A stretch of DNA of 64,000 nt, from positions 32,001-96,000 of IMG/VR virus record IMGVR_UViG_3300014202_000879. One strand, written 5' to 3'. Below, piece after piece: positions 60,036 through 64,000 of the stretch. Position 1 is the stretch's first letter. Each line of letters opens with the position of its first letter. The notes beneath the pieces are model-generated. The model ran no database searches and was not told the DNA's origin. It worked only from the letters and a program-made list of their open reading frames with translations. The position numbers and the translations under genes were made by a program. Origin of the DNA: a virus.

Positions 60036-60629
60036 ATGGATTTTATCTGGACACTCGAAAACCCCGCAAAAGCCACCTTGGGGGATGACAGGCTGTTGTG
60101 CTGGAGCAACTGGGGCAAGGCAAACGGCCTGAGTAATCTCAGGTGGCGCGACACCAACCCAGCTTGGTCCCTGGAGTACGAGGAGGTGTGCTGTGTGGCC
60201 AAGGTGCGAACAGAAGCATTTCTGGAAGGGATCGGTGTGATTAAGACACCACAGGAGTTTGTCTTTGCTACCAAGTTGCGTCTGAACACATTCTGGACCT
60301 TACCAGACAAATCCCACAAGCAACTGTTGTGGTATGCGCACCGGTTCATCCGTGAAATGAATTCCAACATGGAGTTCAGCATGAAAGGTATCGGTGCTCT
60401 GATGCCCGACAACCGCAACGACCAAATTTTGCATCCGTCGTGGCAGTTGCTCAACCAGTACGGTCATGTGGAAGTCGATATCGACCACAAGACAGTGACC
60501 ACAACGAATCCGCTGAAGGCCATCAACTACCTTCTGAACAAACGCAAGCACCTTCCTGCGCTACCAATCTCCATCGAACACCACCTGAAAGACCAGATTC
60601 CTATTCTGAAACTTCAGGATCTTCCTTAA
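60036..60629 (+). CDS. hypothetical protein, family E
   Basis: AGGAG RBS; IREMNS and NPLKAINYLLNKRKHLP. Confidence 0.8.
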   Translation: MDFIWTLENPAKATLGDDRLLCWSNWGKANGLSNLRWRDTNPAWSLEYEEVCCVAKVRTEAFLEGIGVIKTPQEFVFATKLRLNTFWTLPDKSHKQLLWYAHRFIREMNSNMEFSMKGIGALMPDNRNDQILHPSWQLLNQYGHVEVDIDHKTVTTTNPLKAINYLLNKRKHLPALPISIEHHLKDQIPILKLQDLP

Positions 60630-60644
60630 CACCAGGACACAACC

Positions 60645-61214
60645 ATGAAGAAACAAATCGACTGCACGGAAAAAGACTGGTCCGAACTGTGCATTCCTAT
60701 AGACAAGGCCATGACCAGTATCGTCGATGGCATAAAAAACAAGTCCAGCGACGACCATACGCTGCAGATCGTCCTGGAAAACATCTCTGCCCAGATGGTC
60801 TACTATGTCACCTTCAACCTGATCGCACGCTCCGATCTGCCGATAGTCGTGACTTTTCCAGATAAACAAACATGTGTTCTGGATATCGATTTTGGGCAAA
60901 CGACCGGCTCCAAGTACAGGATGAGTTTGGATTGCTCAGCCATAGGTGTCGAGCAGTGCAGAAAAGCCATCCGGCATCTTCTGCATACGTTCGTTATACC
61001 CTCTCTCAGCGTGGTGCGGGAGGTAGAGATACATCTGATGAATACCCCGAGTGAGTTTTTCCGAGACATTCTGCTGGATAAGCTGAATGTAGACAAGTCC
61101 CGTGGTATGCTCGACATGTACCGCATGAACGGTGTCTGGTTCACCATCGTGGAATCCTACCTAGGTGACCCAGCTCGTACCGAGAAAAGATTCCCTCACA
61201 ACTTTCTCAATTAA
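60645..61214 (+). CDS. hypothetical protein
   Basis: AGGA RBS, 189 aa. Confidence 0.75.
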   Translation: MKKQIDCTEKDWSELCIPIDKAMTSIVDGIKNKSSDDHTLQIVLENISAQMVYYVTFNLIARSDLPIVVTFPDKQTCVLDIDFGQTTGSKYRMSLDCSAIGVEQCRKAIRHLLHTFVIPSLSVVREVEIHLMNTPSEFFRDILLDKLNVDKSRGMLDMYRMNGVWFTIVESYLGDPARTEKRFPHNFLN

Positions 61215-61216
61215 CC

Positions 61217-61516
61217 ATGGAACAACCAACCAAAGCCATCACCATTCCTGTAAACTGCCGGGGTTTCACACCTCAGAAATTGTGGGAATACCTTAACCCT
61301 ACCTTGCTCATGAAGGCGACCCAACATCCTCTCGTGCCGCAAGTTATTTTGCTTGCCGATGTGCCTGATGCCTGCTACCTCAAGGAAGTACAGGCTCACG
61401 GTGGATTGTTCTTTGCCGATCCAGACACCGCAAAGTTATTCAGCTCCGTGACCTTGAAGAAAAAGGTCGGAGAAGAATTCCATCATGTGGGGTTCTGGCC
61501 ACAAAACAAAGTCTAG
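61217..61516 (+). CDS. hypothetical protein, family D
   Basis: NCRGFTPQKLW...DVPDACYLKEV..HG. Confidence 0.75.
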   Translation: MEQPTKAITIPVNCRGFTPQKLWEYLNPTLLMKATQHPLVPQVILLADVPDACYLKEVQAHGGLFFADPDTAKLFSSVTLKKKVGEEFHHVGFWPQNKV

Positions 61517-61583
61517 AAGCTACAGAGGTTAAGAGCGCTACCTCCTTAAAAGGCGCTGTATTTTAACAAGTCGAGGATCAAGA

Positions 61584-62228
61584 ATGTCGAATACTGACAA
61601 ACGTGCATGGGTAGATAACTCCTTGTATGCGGTGAAGAACACCGCAACCATCGAGAAGATGGTGCAAGCGATGCTGAAGAAAGCCTCGTTTGTCTTCATG
61701 GATACACCTTGCTGTCGAAAAGACGCGCTCGTCAGCAAGGCGGGCATGTTCATGACGGGTAGCCTGTACCTGAATCACAACAATGAGCTGGTGTTCAGGA
61801 ACTTTCCGAATCAAAAGAAGAGTGATCCGGACTATTGGCCTGTCCCGGCGTCCAAGACCATGAACCTGGCTGCACTGAGCCACAACAGCGTGGATCAGAT
61901 TCTGGTGATCGACAGTCTGCAGTTCAAGGATCGGCCAGAAATCCACAGCGTAGAGTCGCTGTGGAAACGGCTACCCAGCATGAACAAGTCTGTATCCCAC
62001 TCCGATATTTGGGAACGCGTAGAAGTCTATTTGTTGGACAAATCCGGCAACAGGATTACCTCCTGGACACTGCTAGATGACCAGACACCACACGACCCGA
62101 GGCCGGTCGACTGGTCTGTACAACCACGAAGGGCTGCACCAGAACGTGGCGGTATGATGACGCCGCTGGACCATATGGCCAGGGAAATGAACGGGTTGAA
62201 CACAAGGAAACGGTACATAGTTCGCTAA
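61584..62228 (+). CDS. hypothetical protein
   Basis: GAGGA RBS, 214 aa. Confidence 0.75.
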   Translation: MSNTDKRAWVDNSLYAVKNTATIEKMVQAMLKKASFVFMDTPCCRKDALVSKAGMFMTGSLYLNHNNELVFRNFPNQKKSDPDYWPVPASKTMNLAALSHNSVDQILVIDSLQFKDRPEIHSVESLWKRLPSMNKSVSHSDIWERVEVYLLDKSGNRITSWTLLDDQTPHDPRPVDWSVQPRRAAPERGGMMTPLDHMAREMNGLNTRKRYIVR

Positions 62229-62253
62229 GTCAACTCGGTAACAGACACTCAGA

Positions 62254-62289
62254 CACCACTGTAGTGAGCTTACGCTCACTACAGTGGTG
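62254..62289. repeat. 16-bp inverted repeat between convergent genes
   Basis: caccactgtagtgagc-ttac-gctcactacagtggtg. Confidence 0.85.
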
Positions 62290-62907
62290 CTACAGCCTAC
62301 TCAGCAGGCTGGTGTTTTTTATTCGCGTGTAGTGTTCCGCAGCCAGCTCGCCACGTTTACCCATCACCACTTTCTTCACTTCAGAGTACTCCACCACCCC
62401 GTGTTTCAAATACACCATGAGGTGAGGTACAGTGGGTGCGTACTTGGTCTTGATCTCATCGTAATTTTTTCTTTTGGGTACTTGCTTGAAGAACTCCCTG
62501 GTTTTACCCTGGAACATCTTAACGCAATGCTCTAGTTCCCTTACCGTTGTACCCACGTAGCCTTTCTCATCGTAAGCTGCTTTCAACCGAACATAGTACA
62601 GTTCATCGGAGAGAGTCTCGTCGTAGAACAGCTCTGTTTTCTCGGGCGACTCCACCAGCTCAAAATAGAAGTCCTTGAGATTGTTTGTTGGGATCTTGTA
62701 CTGATAGACTTCCTTACCATCCTTGTAGAAGGCATGCTGGTGATGGTGCAGCGATGGCAGGATGTCGTAGGGTATGGGCTCCACAAAGAAACTGATGTGG
62801 TTATCGTAGTGCCGTAGATCGCTCGCAGGGACACTGATAGGTCCCTTTTGTGCAGCTCTACTTTTAAGGACATCAAACCTTTTGTCTGAGTAGTGGTATA
62901 TGAACAT
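62290..62907 (-). CDS. putative virion head protein (possible ART-like fold; C-terminal LAAE site)
   Basis: IYHYS...HISFF.EPIP...VPHLM.Y; ATG overlaps the stop of a 25-aa upstream ORF. Confidence 0.65.
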   Translation of the reverse strand: MFIYHYSDKRFDVLKSRAAQKGPISVPASDLRHYDNHISFFVEPIPYDILPSLHHHQHAFYKDGKEVYQYKIPTNNLKDFYFELVESPEKTELFYDETLSDELYYVRLKAAYDEKGYVGTTVRELEHCVKMFQGKTREFFKQVPKRKNYDEIKTKYAPTVPHLMVYLKHGVVEYSEVKKVVMGKRGELAAEHYTRIKNTSLLSRL

Positions 62908-62984
62908 CACCGGATCGAAGAATCCAAAGCTTGGTCTTCGTCGTTTGTAGGTACTGGTGCATTGGGCTTGGGTGGATTCTCCAT
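62907..62984 (-). CDS. 25-aa upstream ORF
   Basis: GGAGG RBS; MENPPKPNAPVPTNDEDQALDSSIR; TGATG coupling. Confidence 0.5.
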   Translation of the reverse strand: MENPPKPNAPVPTNDEDQALDSSIR

Positions 62985-63038
62985 ATTTCCTCCAGGGTAG
63001 TGAACCAAAGAATAGCTGTCCCTATGGGTTTTCAGTCC

Positions 63039-63152
63039 CATATACTTTAACTGACACACCCACTAACAGTGGTGGAATTGACAACGGGTGCATCCTACAG
63101 CACCCAATCAGGTACGGTACACACCTGATTTTTAAGTGTACCACAACAGGAG
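63039..63152 (+). promoter_or_regulatory. early promoter plus structured leader with strong pseudoknot
   Basis: catatactttaactgacac; gggtgc/gcaccc; aatcaggt/acctgatt with loop ggtacac pairing to gtgtacc; aggag. Confidence 0.75.
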
Positions 63153-63157
63153 ATTTC

Positions 63158-63958
63158 ATGTCAGCATTCAGCCAAGCGTCAACGGGTCCTTTTCTCGAAG
63201 TGCATAACTTCGCAATGGGGCCACAGGGTCCCATCAAAACCTACCTGCCAGGAGCGCCGGTGGGCACATACCGGTTCGACTGCACCGTGCAATCACCAGG
63301 CAAAAAAGCCACGTCGGTGAAAGGCGTGGTGGCCATGCATACCCCACAAGGGGTGTTGCTGACCACGGTCCGTTACACGAAACCAGGCAATGTCTGGGTA
63401 GTGGAACGGACCCCTGGCGAGCCCATCAGTATCGATCACCCAGAGGTGTTTGATTGGCTGTTATCGCCCGTAAAGGCACCACTGCCTCCCACCGACGTGT
63501 GGGACGGTTTAACGCCGTTATATAACCACCGCATGCTGTTGCGGTGGAAAGCCATCAAGACCCAGTTCGACAAGGACCCTCAGGACTTTATCGAGCCAGG
63601 GTTCTACAACCGGGTTCGCGAGAAGACCCAGACAATGGCCTATGACAAAGGCCATCCTTCGTTGGGCTGGTCCACGTATTCGGACGTGGACTTCAAAGGT
63701 CGCTTGTTTGTTCTCATCGAGAACAAATGGGTGGTCGTGGGCGTTGAGAAAGATTCTGGCAAGGGGTCTGTCTTCTTCTCAGAGGACGACAGTGTCCTGG
63801 ATTTCATCGGCGAGAGCCGCTGGATGTTCGTGGGCATGGCGGACGAACATCATGGCTTTCGGGCCTTCCGTTTGCACAATGACGTACGGCCCCAAGATGA
63901 CGATGCCGTTCGTGATGACGGCGACATGAACCAGATTCATGAAAGCAGTGTGGACTAA
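63158..63958 (+). CDS. hypothetical early protein
   Basis: AGGAG RBS before ATG 63158, 266 aa. Confidence 0.8.
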   Translation: MSAFSQASTGPFLEVHNFAMGPQGPIKTYLPGAPVGTYRFDCTVQSPGKKATSVKGVVAMHTPQGVLLTTVRYTKPGNVWVVERTPGEPISIDHPEVFDWLLSPVKAPLPPTDVWDGLTPLYNHRMLLRWKAIKTQFDKDPQDFIEPGFYNRVREKTQTMAYDKGHPSLGWSTYSDVDFKGRLFVLIENKWVVVGVEKDSGKGSVFFSEDDSVLDFIGESRWMFVGMADEHHGFRAFRLHNDVRPQDDDAVRDDGDMNQIHESSVD

Positions 63959-64000
63959 ATATCTGTGATAAAGAATCGCCAGCTACCCCTCACAGGGTGC

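Noticed and set aside
227-63152. Dispersed promoter/leader repeats as a CRISPR array or MITE
   Set aside because: The copies are solitary, kilobases apart, always directly upstream of an RBS, with no spacers, terminal inverted repeats or target-site duplications.

Overview
This 64 kb window is from a phiKZ-like (nucleus-forming, Chimalliviridae-type) jumbo phage. It was identified from recognised motifs and gene order, with no database search. Core genes are a virion RNA polymerase beta'-C-terminal subunit (4498-5793), the exonuclease/motif-A half of a split family-B DNA polymerase (19408-21240), a head/inner-body and baseplate block (about 21.3-43 kb), a tail-fibre/adhesin block, a holin-like plus SLT lysin pair, thyA and a Nudix hydrolase. 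Between these lie early accessory islands, each started by a conserved motif YATATACYTYAACTGACA (10 copies, all + strand). The most notable observations are: (1) a family of early-gene 5' leaders with hairpin-hairpin-H-type pseudoknot architecture placed right before the Shine-Dalgarno and supported by compensatory changes; (2) an AcrIII-1/DUF1874 ring-nuclease-like anti-CRISPR gene behind one such leader; (3) a densely base-paired ~450-nt candidate ncRNA directly downstream of that gene; (4) a likely programmed -1 frameshift (U UUU UUC plus hairpin) fusing the 547-aa ORF to the start-less ORF downstream, as in tail chaperone G/GT pairs. I saw no tRNA, rRNA, CRISPR array or IS element. Several CDS starts were moved from the ORF track to the start with the better RBS or coupling. 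phiKZ gene-number analogies are from memory of synteny and need confirmation.
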